From positions 1,152,001-1,216,000 of the forward strand of contig CAVYGB010000002.1 of the NCBI GenBank assembly GCA_963767925.1: a stretch of 64,000 nucleotides of DNA. Reading direction: 5' to 3'. This DNA is from an uncultured delta proteobacterium. GTDB lineage: Bacteria; Myxococcota_A; Polyangia; Fen-1088. Below the pieces are notes generated by a model. The model was given only the letters and a program-made list of their open reading frames with translations. It did not search any database and had not been told where the DNA came from. This document shows, piece after piece, positions 1-8,293 of the stretch. The stretch's first letter is position 1. The number at the start of each line of letters is the position of its first letter. A program made the position numbers and the translations under genes.

Positions 1-225
1 GGGGCGCGCTACGGCGCCGGCTGGTGGGTCGAGCCGCTGGTCCCCACCGGGCGAGGCGGCCCGCCGGATCTGTTCCGGGCCCAGGGCCACGAGGGACAGC
101 TCATCGTGGTGGTCCCCTCGAAGGACCTGGTCCTCGTGCGCCTCGGCCTGCTCGACGACCGGGTCGGCTTCGCCGCCCTCGGCGACTGGGCCCACCGCCT
201 CGTCGCCCTCTTCCCGGGCAGCTAG
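1..225 (+). CDS. C-terminal end of a serine hydrolase (beta-lactamase/CubicO family), 5'-truncated by window edge
   Basis: Frame 1 reads YGAGWW...FRAQGHEGQLIVVVPSKDLVLVRLG...FPGS*, a typical class C beta-lactamase-family C-terminus. Not in the ORF track because it has no start codon. Confidence 0.8.
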   Translation, partial: GARYGAGWWVEPLVPTGRGGPPDLFRAQGHEGQLIVVVPSKDLVLVRLGLLDDRVGFAALGDWAHRLVALFPGS

Positions 226-232
226 TCTGCCG

Positions 233-1294
233 TCAGCGGGAGCTGCGGGGGGAAGGGAGGCGCTGGGCGCGGGCTTTCAGCGCGCGTTCCAGGGCGGCGC
301 GGCGGTTGGAGGAGAGGGCCTGGTCGGTGGCGAGGGCGGCGAGGCCACGTTCCACCGCCTGGCGGGACTGGGCGGCGGCGCCCGCTTTTTCGTAGGCCTC
401 GGACAGGTTGTCCCAGGCGTTGGCGGAGGCGGGGAAGCGGCGGGTGATCTCCTCGTAGACGGCGAGCGCGTCGGCGGGCCGCCCGTTGCGGCCCAGGCGG
501 TCGGCGACCCGGTCGAGCGAGGGCAGGCGCAGGACCGTGGCGGAGGGCCAGCGGGTGCTGGTCTCCTCGAGGAGGGCCCGACCGGCGGGCCAGCCGCTGT
601 GTCCGATGCGCGCCTCCAGCTCGCCGGCGCTGGGGGGCAGGCCGGCGAAATCGGCGCGGACCGTCCCCTTCTCGCGCGCCACCTCGAACAGCGTCGGATA
701 GAACTGGGTGAAGGTCTTTTCCACGGCGCCGTGCTCGGCGTGGCACTTGTAGCAGGACGCCGTGGTGGGCAGCGCCGCCGCCGTGCCCCGGGGACCGCGG
801 CCGTCGATGTGAAAGTCGAAGTAGCCCCAGCCGCCCGGGAAGCGCTTGCTGTCCTTGACCGCCGCCTCGACGGCGACCAGCTCGGTCTGGAAGCGGCCGC
901 GCGTGACGATCGAGCCCGTCTCCTCGGCGGTGCGGACCTCCAGCACGAACATCGTCGCCTCGGGCCAGACCCCCGTCGCCATGAACCCCCGGTAGGCGTC
1001 GGGCGAGACGTAGACGTTGTCGAGCACGTCCACCCCGCCCGCGGCCGCCACCTGGGCCGCCGGCCCGTAGCTCATCGCGAACCCCGAGGTGAGGTACACC
1101 CAGGTGCGGTAGTCGACCGGCGGCTCCAGCTCGCCCTTCCCGTTGAACCGCGCGCCGGGCGCCGCGGCCGGGGCGGTCACCGCAGCCGCGGGGGCGGCCA
1201 CCGGCGCCCGCGCACACGCCGCGGCGCAGGCCAGCAGGGTCGCCCCGGCCAGGGCGGCCGAGCGTCTCCGGAAGGGCTTCGGGTCGGGCTTCAT
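233..1294 (-). CDS. Cytochrome P460/c'-beta family heme protein with C-terminal TPR
   Basis: Signal peptide; PVDYRTWVYL, NVYVSPDAY, GVWPEATMFVLE, VKDSKRFPGGWGYFDF and CYKCH heme motif; TPR-like segment PASANAWDNLSEAY. Start could also be 1306. Confidence 0.8.
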   Translation of the reverse strand: MKPDPKPFRRRSAALAGATLLACAAACARAPVAAPAAAVTAPAAAPGARFNGKGELEPPVDYRTWVYLTSGFAMSYGPAAQVAAAGGVDVLDNVYVSPDAYRGFMATGVWPEATMFVLEVRTAEETGSIVTRGRFQTELVAVEAAVKDSKRFPGGWGYFDFHIDGRGPRGTAAALPTTASCYKCHAEHGAVEKTFTQFYPTLFEVAREKGTVRADFAGLPPSAGELEARIGHSGWPAGRALLEETSTRWPSATVLRLPSLDRVADRLGRNGRPADALAVYEEITRRFPASANAWDNLSEAYEKAGAAAQSRQAVERGLAALATDQALSSNRRAALERALKARAQRLPSPRSSR

Positions 1295-1372
1295 GGTCGC
1301 CAGCATGCCCTGTCGTCGAAGGGACGTCTTGTAAGAATCAAACCAAGGCCCGGCGCGGGTATCCTGCGGCCG

Positions 1373-1798
1373 ATGGCCCGCCTGACCCTCGCGCTGCCCG
1401 AGACCTTCGCCTTCACCACCGAGATCGGCGTCCGCATCACCGACCTCAACTACGGCCGCCACCTCGGCAACGATGCCCTGCTGGGCCTCATTCACGAGGC
1501 GCGCGTGCGTTTCCTGCACGCCCACGGCCTGCAGGAGCTGGACGTGGAGGGCCACGCCCTCATCATGGTCGACGCCGCCGTCGTCTACCGGGCGGAGGCC
1601 TTCGCCGGGGACCGCCTGAGCTTCGCGGTGGCCGCCGCCGGCTCGGGGCGCGTCGGCTGCGACATCTTTTACCGGGTCACCCGCCCCGCCGACCAGCGGC
1701 TGATCGCCGAGGCCAAGACCGGCGTCGTCTTCCTCGATCCGGCGACGCGCAAAGTGGTGCGCCTGCCCGCGGCAATGCGTCGGCTCGCCGGTCCGTGA
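1373..1798 (+). CDS. Hotdog-fold acyl-CoA thioesterase (4HBT/YbgC-like)
   Basis: VRITDLNYGRHLGND...HEARVRFL motif; 141 aa. Confidence 0.85.
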   Translation: MARLTLALPETFAFTTEIGVRITDLNYGRHLGNDALLGLIHEARVRFLHAHGLQELDVEGHALIMVDAAVVYRAEAFAGDRLSFAVAAAGSGRVGCDIFYRVTRPADQRLIAEAKTGVVFLDPATRKVVRLPAAMRRLAGP

Positions 1799-1829
1799 AC
1801 GCCCCCCGCAGAGCGTGGTAAGAGGAATC

Positions 1830-2639
1830 ATGCCGCCGGAGTCCGACGACAAGCGCCCACGGCTCGCCTACCACGACACCTTCTTCCTCGACAGCGACGA
1901 CGGCCGGCCGCTGCGCATCCTGGCCGAATACCTCGAGCCGCTGCACCGCTTCCGCCGCGAGCGCATCCAGGACACCGTCGTGTTCTTCGGGTCGGCCCGC
2001 ATCCAGGAGGAGGGCCCCCTCGGCCGCTATTACAAGGAGGCGCGCGAGCTGGCCCGCCGGCTGACCGAGTGGTCCCGCGGCCTGTCGGACTGCTGCCAGT
2101 TCGTCGTCTGCTCGGGCGGCGGCCCCGGCATCATGGAGGCAGCCAACCGCGGCGCCGCCGACGCCGGCGGCCGCTCGATCGGGCTCAACATCGGCCTGCC
2201 CCACGAGCAGCGCCCCAACCCCTACGTCACCTCGGAGCTGAGCCTCGAGTTTCACTACTTCTTCATGCGCAAGCTCTGGTTCTCCCACCTGGCGCGCGCG
2301 CTGGTGGTCTTCCCGGGCGGCTTCGGCACCATGGACGAGCTGTTCGAGATGTTGACCCTCACCCAGACCCGCAAGCTCGAGCGCGACATCCCCATCTTGC
2401 TCTACGGGTCGGAGTTCTGGAACGAGGTGATCAACCTCCCCGCCCTGGTCCGCCACGGCCTCATCTCCCCCGAGGACCTGAAGCTGTTCGAGCTGGTCGA
2501 CGATCCCGAGACCGCGCTGGCCCGGCTGCAGGCCCGCCTGCCCACCGAGCCCGAGCGCACCTTGCCCGCCTTCGCCCACTCGCGCACCACCGGCCAGGCC
2601 ATCGCCGAGCAGAGCACCACCCCCGGAAGCGGCACCTGA
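1830..2639 (+). CDS. LOG family protein (TIGR00730-like, nucleotide phosphoribohydrolase)
   Basis: VFFGSAR, SGGGPGIMEAANRGA, FHYFFMRK, PGGFGTMDELFE motifs. Confidence 0.9.
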   Translation: MPPESDDKRPRLAYHDTFFLDSDDGRPLRILAEYLEPLHRFRRERIQDTVVFFGSARIQEEGPLGRYYKEARELARRLTEWSRGLSDCCQFVVCSGGGPGIMEAANRGAADAGGRSIGLNIGLPHEQRPNPYVTSELSLEFHYFFMRKLWFSHLARALVVFPGGFGTMDELFEMLTLTQTRKLERDIPILLYGSEFWNEVINLPALVRHGLISPEDLKLFELVDDPETALARLQARLPTEPERTLPAFAHSRTTGQAIAEQSTTPGSGT

Positions 2640-2653
2640 CGGAGGTCTTCGCC

Positions 2654-2971
2654 ATGCCGAGACGCAAGCGCCTGCTGATCACCCTGGGAATCACCGCCGG
2701 CCTGCTCGTGGTGGCGGCCGGCGCCGCCTGGCGCCTGCTCCGCGTCTCCGCCCTGGTGGACATCGGCGTGGGCTACTCGGCCCAGCTCACCTGCGCCTGC
2801 CTGTTCATCAGCCAGCGCCCCCTGCCGAGCTGCAAGCTCGACCTCAATCCCCTGGCCCGCTGGCTGATCTCGATCGACCCCGGCCCCAGCGCGGTCACCG
2901 CCCGCTCCCTGGGCGTCGCCCGCGCCACCGCCCACTTCGACCAGACCTACGGCTGCACCATCGCCCCCTGA
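2654..2971 (+). CDS. Small membrane-anchored hypothetical protein (Cys motif TCAC...C...GC)
   Basis: RBS GGAGG before ATG; N-terminal TM helix; GYSAQLTCACLFISQR motif. Confidence 0.7.
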   Translation: MPRRKRLLITLGITAGLLVVAAGAAWRLLRVSALVDIGVGYSAQLTCACLFISQRPLPSCKLDLNPLARWLISIDPGPSAVTARSLGVARATAHFDQTYGCTIAP

Positions 2972-3063
2972 GGGCTTTCCTCGCGCTGCGCGCGCTCACC
3001 TCCGCGAACTGTTGCGCCGGCGGGGGGAGGTGTTGCCTCCGCGCCGCCGGCCGGGCATCCGCG

Positions 3064-3897
3064 TCAGTCGATCCGCCGCGCGTCGAGAGCGGGCGTTGGC
3101 CAGCGGCCATCGGTCGAGCGACCCGCGTCGAACTGCCACCACCCGCGACCGTCGAGCCGGCGGACGTCGGGAGCGCCGCCGTCGCGGGGACGTGCGTCGA
3201 ACGTGAGGCGCGCGTCGAGCGGAGCGCCGGCGTCGCGAGACGGATGGGCGTCGCGGGGGCGCGCGTCAGCATGCGGCACGGGCCTCGGATCGGGCTCGGG
3301 CACCTCGGTGCCGTCTTCCAGACAGCGGGCCGCCGCAGCGAACCGGGTGTTGCCGCAACCGTCGGGCAGGAACTCGCCGAACTGCACCGCCCGCAGCCCG
3401 CTGCAGTAGATCCCGCAGGCGTCCTGCCCGCGCGACGCGATCAGGCTGCCGGTGCGCGGGTCGTAGACGCAGGTCTCCGCGTGCTCGCGGTGCCGCCACT
3501 CCGCCACCAGGCAGGTCGGCCCCTGGCGCACGTTCCAGTAGCTGCCAGCCGGGAGCTGGCTACAGGTGAGGCGGTTGCCGAGATCCTCGATCCGCAGCGG
3601 GCAGGCGATGCCCTCCTCGGCCCGCGACACGCGGCAGTAGCGCGCGTCCCGGGGATCGCAGACCAGGTAGCCGCCCGGGTCGCTGCCCGGCCGCCGCTCG
3701 TCGACGCCGGGAGGCCGCGGCTGGGTTGCCGCCCCCTGGTTGAGGAGAGACGCGTCGGACGTCGCACCACTCAGCGACGAGGAGCTGGGCTCCTCCTCGG
3801 GCGGCGCGCAGCCCGACCAGGCAGGCAGCGCGGCAGACAAGATAACCAGCAGGGCAACGACATTCCGATCCTGGTTTGGCACCGAGAAACCTCCCAT
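3064..3897 (-). CDS. Hypothetical Cys-rich lipoprotein
   Basis: Hydrophobic signal ending WSGC; multiple Cys; D-A-R/G-rich tail; sigma54-like site upstream. Start uncertain. Confidence 0.55.
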   Translation of the reverse strand: MGGFSVPNQDRNVVALLVILSAALPAWSGCAPPEEEPSSSSLSGATSDASLLNQGAATQPRPPGVDERRPGSDPGGYLVCDPRDARYCRVSRAEEGIACPLRIEDLGNRLTCSQLPAGSYWNVRQGPTCLVAEWRHREHAETCVYDPRTGSLIASRGQDACGIYCSGLRAVQFGEFLPDGCGNTRFAAAARCLEDGTEVPEPDPRPVPHADARPRDAHPSRDAGAPLDARLTFDARPRDGGAPDVRRLDGRGWWQFDAGRSTDGRWPTPALDARRID

Positions 3898-3942
3898 CGA
3901 GCCAGGCTCGAGGCGCGGGTGAAGGGGACAGCCCCTTCGTCG

Positions 3943-3958
3943 AGCAACGCCCGTGCCG
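3943..3958 (-). promoter_or_regulatory. sigma54-type -24/-12 promoter
   Basis: Minus strand CGGCACGGGCGTTGCT, GG-N10-GC, near-consensus, upstream of 3897. Confidence 0.6.
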
Positions 3959-4026
3959 TCGCAAGAACCCCGCGGCAGGGTGGGAGCTGCCTCGTCGCTG
4001 CCGGCGCGCGCACCAGGCCGCCGGCG

Positions 4027-4542
4027 TCAGGCGTCGACGAGCTCGAGCGGACCCAGGAAGTCGCGCTTGCCGAGCTCGACCCCGCCGTGGCGGAGCAGGT
4101 CGTAGGCCGTCGTCAGGTGAAAGTAGAAGTTGGGGATCTGCCGGGAGAACAGGTACTCGTCGGCAGTCAGCGCCTTGCCGGCCGGGCTTTGCAGCTTGAC
4201 CAGCGTCTGGGGCGTCGTGCGCTCGAAGTCCGCCGCCGTGACGGTCTCGAGGTAGGCCAGGCACCTGGCGATGCGGCCGCGCAGCTCGGCCAGCGTCGTC
4301 TCGTTGTCCTCGTGGCGGGGGGCTTCTTTGCCCGAGAGGTTCGCCGCCGCGGCCTTCGCCGTGTCACAGGCGATCCGGATCTGGGCGAGCAAGGGCAACA
4401 TGTCCGGGAACAACCGCATGGTGCAGAAGGTGCTGGGATCGAACTTGCGCGCCTCCGCGTGTTTGATCGCCTTGTCGAGGACCGCGTCCATGGTCTTGAG
4501 CGAACGTTCGAACTGCCGGACTGCCAGGTTGTAGTGCTGCAC
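4027..4542 (-). CDS. DUF1993 family protein
   Basis: RLFPDMLPLLAQIRIACDTAK, IPNFYFHLTTAYDLLRHGGVELGKRDFLG; GGAGG RBS before GTG at 4542. Confidence 0.9.
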   Translation of the reverse strand: MQHYNLAVRQFERSLKTMDAVLDKAIKHAEARKFDPSTFCTMRLFPDMLPLLAQIRIACDTAKAAAANLSGKEAPRHEDNETTLAELRGRIARCLAYLETVTAADFERTTPQTLVKLQSPAGKALTADEYLFSRQIPNFYFHLTTAYDLLRHGGVELGKRDFLGPLELVDA

Positions 4543-4760
4543 GGTCGACCTCCCGATTTTCACATCCCGTCGGCGGAGAAGAGGCCGGGCATATACCCCA
4601 CGCCCCCGACCCCAGCAAGGCAGCAGCATCGGGTGCGCCTCGACGGGCCCGCCGCCGATCCGGCAGCACCGACAGGCGGCTACCCCGGGCCCTCATTCAG
4701 CGGCGCCCGGAAGAGGGAGCCGCCCGTGACGACCGGCCGGGAGCGTGACAAGGTGGGGAG

Positions 4761-5684
4761 ATGAGCGTCCAGCCCTGGCCCGCGCTGACCCTCGGCGAAT
4801 GGGAGCCGACCTACCTGACCTTGCACCGCTTTACCCAGATGGTCGGCAAGGTCCGCCTTCGCCACGCCCCCTGGATGAACCACTGGTGGCACATCCCCCT
4901 CTACGTGACCTCGCAGGGGCTGACGACGTCGTCCATGCCCTGCGACGGCCGCGCCCTCACCCTGACCTTCGACTTCTGCGCCCACCGCCTGGTCGCCCAC
5001 ACCAACGATCGCCCCGGCGGCTCCTTCCCCCTCGAGCCGATGTCCGTCGCCGACTTCTACCAGCGCCTGCAAGCCCTGCTCGCCCCCCTGGAGATCGACG
5101 CGCGCATCTGGCCCGTCCCCGTCGAAGTCGCCGACACGACCCCCTTCCCGGAGGACCGCCACCACGCCGCCTACGACCGCGAGCAGGTGCAGAAGCTGCA
5201 CCGGATCCTGCTCGACATCGACACCGTGTTCAGCACCCACCGCGGCCGCTTCCTCGGCAAGAGCAGCCCCGTCCACTTCTTCTGGGGCGCCTTCGACCTG
5301 GCCGTCACCCGCTTCTCCGGCCGCCCCAACCCCACGCCCCCCGACAACAAGATCATGAAGGAGGCCTACTCCCACGAGGTGATCAGCCACGGCTTCTGGC
5401 CCGGCGGCGACTGGCCCGTCGGCGGCCGCGTCGAAGAAGCCATCTTCTACGCCTACGCCTCCCCCGAGCCCCCCGGCTTCCGCCAGGCCCCCGTCACCCC
5501 ACCCCAGGCCCGCTACGACGAAAAGCTGGGCGAGTTCATCCTCCCCTACACCGCCGTCCGCCAATCCCCCGACCCCGCCGCCACCCTCCTCTCCTTCATG
5601 GAGTCGACCTACCTCGCCGGCGCCAGAGCCGCCAACTGGGACATCCCCGCCCTCCAGCACCCCCACGCCAGCGCGCTGAAGTAG
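4761..5684 (+). CDS. DUF5996 family protein
   Basis: WMNHWWHIPLYV, GKSSPVHFFWGAFDLAVTRFSGR, EAYSHEVISHGFWPG motifs. Confidence 0.85.
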   Translation: MSVQPWPALTLGEWEPTYLTLHRFTQMVGKVRLRHAPWMNHWWHIPLYVTSQGLTTSSMPCDGRALTLTFDFCAHRLVAHTNDRPGGSFPLEPMSVADFYQRLQALLAPLEIDARIWPVPVEVADTTPFPEDRHHAAYDREQVQKLHRILLDIDTVFSTHRGRFLGKSSPVHFFWGAFDLAVTRFSGRPNPTPPDNKIMKEAYSHEVISHGFWPGGDWPVGGRVEEAIFYAYASPEPPGFRQAPVTPPQARYDEKLGEFILPYTAVRQSPDPAATLLSFMESTYLAGARAANWDIPALQHPHASALK

Positions 5685-5750
5685 GGGCGGCGGGCGTTGT
5701 CGCCGGGCGGCCTCGGCAATCACAGCCGAGCACGCGCTACGCACGCACGG

Positions 5751-5989
5751 ACCCCTGACCCTCCCTCTCCGGGCTGCCGCGGGGAGAGGGCGAAGGATCA
5801 GCCGGATGTCCCGACCCCCTTCCCGAGTGGAAGATCGACGGCCGCTTCTCCGCGATCTCCGCCCCGTTGCCTGTTCGCCTCCGCCCCCGTGCCAGCGGGG
5901 ACAAAGGCCGCTTCCTCACCGATCTCCGCGCCCCGTTATCCGTTCGCCTTCGCCCCGCGTCTGCCGCGGGGAGAGGGTGGGGTGAGGGG
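5751..5989. repeat. REPIN/MITE-like element, degenerate copy 1
   Basis: Inverted ends CCCCTGACCCTCCCTCTCC...GGGGAGAGGGCGAA and TTCGCC...GGGGAGAGGGTGGGGTGAGGGG between convergent genes; two degenerate internal repeats. Confidence 0.7.
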
Positions 5990-6021
5990 TCTCGGGTCGC
6001 TCAGTCAAACTCAGTCGGTCT

Positions 6022-6390
6022 TCAGGGCACGGCCGGCGCGTCGCTCAGCGCGAGGTTGAGGACCTGGCTCTTGACGACCTTGTCGCACCGGTCGGCGTTC
6101 GAGAGCGCCGAGAGCGGCACGACCTTCCGCGCGGTCTTGCCCGGGGCGACGTCCTGACAGACCTTCTTCGCCTCCGCGATCGTCCCGTTGGCGCAATCGA
6201 ACCGCAGGTCCCAGCAGGCCGAGATCCCCCGGCCCCCCTCGGTGTGCCGAACGTCGCAGTTGATCTGCCCGCTCGCCCCCAAACAATCCACCGTCGCCTT
6301 CCCCCCCGGCCCCCCCTCCCCGCCCACCTTGCAACCAACCACCAGACACACCAGCCCCAGCATCGGCCCCAAGCACGTTCGCAAGATCAT
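6022..6390 (-). CDS. Small Cys-rich hypothetical lipoprotein
   Basis: Lipobox LVVGC; six further Cys in mature part; GGAG RBS. Confidence 0.65.
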   Translation of the reverse strand: MILRTCLGPMLGLVCLVVGCKVGGEGGPGGKATVDCLGASGQINCDVRHTEGGRGISACWDLRFDCANGTIAEAKKVCQDVAPGKTARKVVPLSALSNADRCDKVVKSQVLNLALSDAPAVP

Positions 6391-6518
6391 GAGTCTCCCT
6401 CCGGGCGATCGCGCCCCAGGTCCGATCGCGCTTCTACCTCCCAGAAGACGCATGGGGTAAATTTTCTTGGTCCCAGCCGGCGCGACGGGCGGCCCGTCGA
6501 GCCCGCAAGGTGGCGTCT

Positions 6519-6541
6519 GACTAGTTTGAAGACTAGTCTTC
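6519..6541. promoter_or_regulatory. Probable TA autorepression operator
   Basis: Perfect 14-bp palindrome GAAGACTAGTCTTC (6528-6541) plus a second GACTAGT site just upstream of the antitoxin ATG. Confidence 0.65.
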
Positions 6542-6545
6542 CAGG

Positions 6546-6806
6546 ATGCCGAGAAGATGGCAGCTCCAGGACGCCAAGGCTCGCTTCAGCGAGTTCCTGG
6601 AGGCCAGCCTCAAGGAAGGACCGCAGGTCGTCACGAAGCGGGGGGTAGACGCCGCCGTCCTGGTACCCATCGACGACTGGCGACGTCTCGAGCAGGCGGC
6701 CCGCCCTAGTCTGAAAGACTTGCTCCTGGCAGCCGACCCTCGCACGGACCTCGTCGTGCCCCCACGCGGCCGACGTCGGCGGCGATCGCCGCCCACCCTG
6801 GGTTGA
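6546..6806 (+). CDS. Phd/YefM family antitoxin
   Basis: WQLQDAKARFSE...GPQVVTKRG...AVLV signature. Confidence 0.93.
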   Translation: MPRRWQLQDAKARFSEFLEASLKEGPQVVTKRGVDAAVLVPIDDWRRLEQAARPSLKDLLLAADPRTDLVVPPRGRRRRRSPPTLG

Positions 6807-6813
6807 TCCGCGC

Positions 6814-7224
6814 ATGTACCTGCTCGATACAAACGTGGTCTCGGAGCTGAGGCGTCTTAAACCCCACGGCGCCGTGCTCGCCTGGATCGCCGGTCAGCAG
6901 GACCGTGATCTGCACGTCTCCGCGGTCACCATCGGAGAGCTCCAGGCGGGCATCGAGATCACCAGGGAGCAGGATGCCGAGAAGGCGAAGGCGCTCGAGA
7001 CGTGGCTCGATCAGGTGGCGCAGTCGTACAACGTGCTCGCGATGAACGCCGCCGCCTTTCGGGCATGGGCCAAGCTCATGCATCGCCGTTCCGACCAGCT
7101 CCTCGAAGACGCGATGATTGCGGCAACCGCGCAGGTCCACGGGCTGATCGTGGTAACGCGAAATGTCCGCGACTTCCGGGCGCTGGGCAGCAAGACGGTC
7201 AATCCGTTCCAGACGCCAAGGTGA
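6814..7224 (+). CDS. vapC: PIN-domain toxin VapC
   Basis: YLLDTNVVSE, TIGEL, DAMIAATA, VTRNVRDF PIN acidic motifs; follows antitoxin. Confidence 0.93.
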   Translation: MYLLDTNVVSELRRLKPHGAVLAWIAGQQDRDLHVSAVTIGELQAGIEITREQDAEKAKALETWLDQVAQSYNVLAMNAAAFRAWAKLMHRRSDQLLEDAMIAATAQVHGLIVVTRNVRDFRALGSKTVNPFQTPR

Positions 7225-7396
7225 CCAGATGAGGTGACAGAGCCGCGGAGCCCACTCCTGGGCTCCACGCAGTCGCGACCATGGTCGACCGCAGGAGCCC
7301 CGCGGTATCTTCTCGAAGTGAAGCTCAGCGCTAGCCACCTCCACGGAGACGGTCCCTCAGGCTGGTGAAAATCATCGTCACCCTGGCGAAGCAGCA

Positions 7397-8293
7397 CTAC
7401 CTCTCCGCACTGGCGGCGCAGCGGAAGCCGGCATCGTAGGCCACGTAGGGTTTGGTGGGGTTGTTGCGGTTGTAGATGCGCGAGAAGAACTCGTAGTCGC
7501 GCCAGCCGCCGCCCTTGATGACGTGCCCGCGCGCACCGGGGCACCGCCGGGCGCCGGGACAGGGGCCGCGCGGGTTGCGGCCACCCGCCCCCGCCCGCGA
7601 GACCGCCGCGACGTACCAGTCGCTGACCCATTCCGGAACGTTGCCGGTGAGGTCGCAGAGGCCTTCGGATGAGCGCCCCTTCGGGCGGCTGCAGACGGGG
7701 CGGGTGAAGGGCCGGTCGGCGGGTCGATCGCCGGCGCACGGGTCGGACGGCTCTCTCGTCAGGGTGACCGCCTGCTCGCAGCGGGGAGTGCCGGGGTCGA
7801 GGCCCCAGGGGAAGACACGGCCGTCGGGCGTGGGGCCGAGTGCCGCCCGCTCCCACTCCGCCTCGGTGGGCAGCCGCTTTCCCGCCCACCGGCAATAGGC
7901 GCTGGCCTGCTCCCAGGGTACGCCGCTGACCGGGTGCTGCTCGCGGCCGGGCAAGCGCGAGTTGACCTCCCCGGCTGGACTGGGCGCGACCTCCGTGCAG
8001 GCGCTCGCGGCCACGCACCGTCGGTACGCCGCCACCGTCACCTCGGTGCGGTCAATCCGGAACGGGTCCAGGCACACGCGCCGCGCGGGCCCGGCCAGGT
8101 CCTTCTGGCACCCTCTCTTCAGCCCGCACCCCACTTCGAGACACCCCCCCGAGATCTCCACCATCTCCGCCTCCACCCCCAGCGGATCCGCGCCGCCAAC
8201 CGCCGCCTTCGCCCCCTGCGTGGCACGCGCAAGGGCCGGCGCGAGCAGCGCCGCGAGTGCTACTCCTGCCAGCCAGGCGCGGTGGTCGGACAT
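7397..8293 (-). CDS. Exported FGE-sulfatase (SUMF1/C-type lectin fold) domain protein
   Basis: Signal peptide; IDRTEVT, HPVSGVPWEQASAYCRWAGKRLPTEAEWERAA, DLTGNVPEWV, KGGGW, GFRCA; start overlaps upstream stop (TGATG). Confidence 0.88.
   Translation of the reverse strand: MSDHRAWLAGVALAALLAPALARATQGAKAAVGGADPLGVEAEMVEISGGCLEVGCGLKRGCQKDLAGPARRVCLDPFRIDRTEVTVAAYRRCVAASACTEVAPSPAGEVNSRLPGREQHPVSGVPWEQASAYCRWAGKRLPTEAEWERAALGPTPDGRVFPWGLDPGTPRCEQAVTLTREPSDPCAGDRPADRPFTRPVCSRPKGRSSEGLCDLTGNVPEWVSDWYVAAVSRAGAGGRNPRGPCPGARRCPGARGHVIKGGGWRDYEFFSRIYNRNNPTKPYVAYDAGFRCAASAER

Noticed and set aside
7290..7366. RYLLEVKLSA, resembling a DUF4143 PD-(D/E)xK remnant after vapC
   Set aside because: Too short to distinguish from chance
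7397..8293. FGE/C-lectin protein as a diversity-generating retroelement target
   Set aside because: No reverse transcriptase and no template-repeat copy of its 3' end seen in the window
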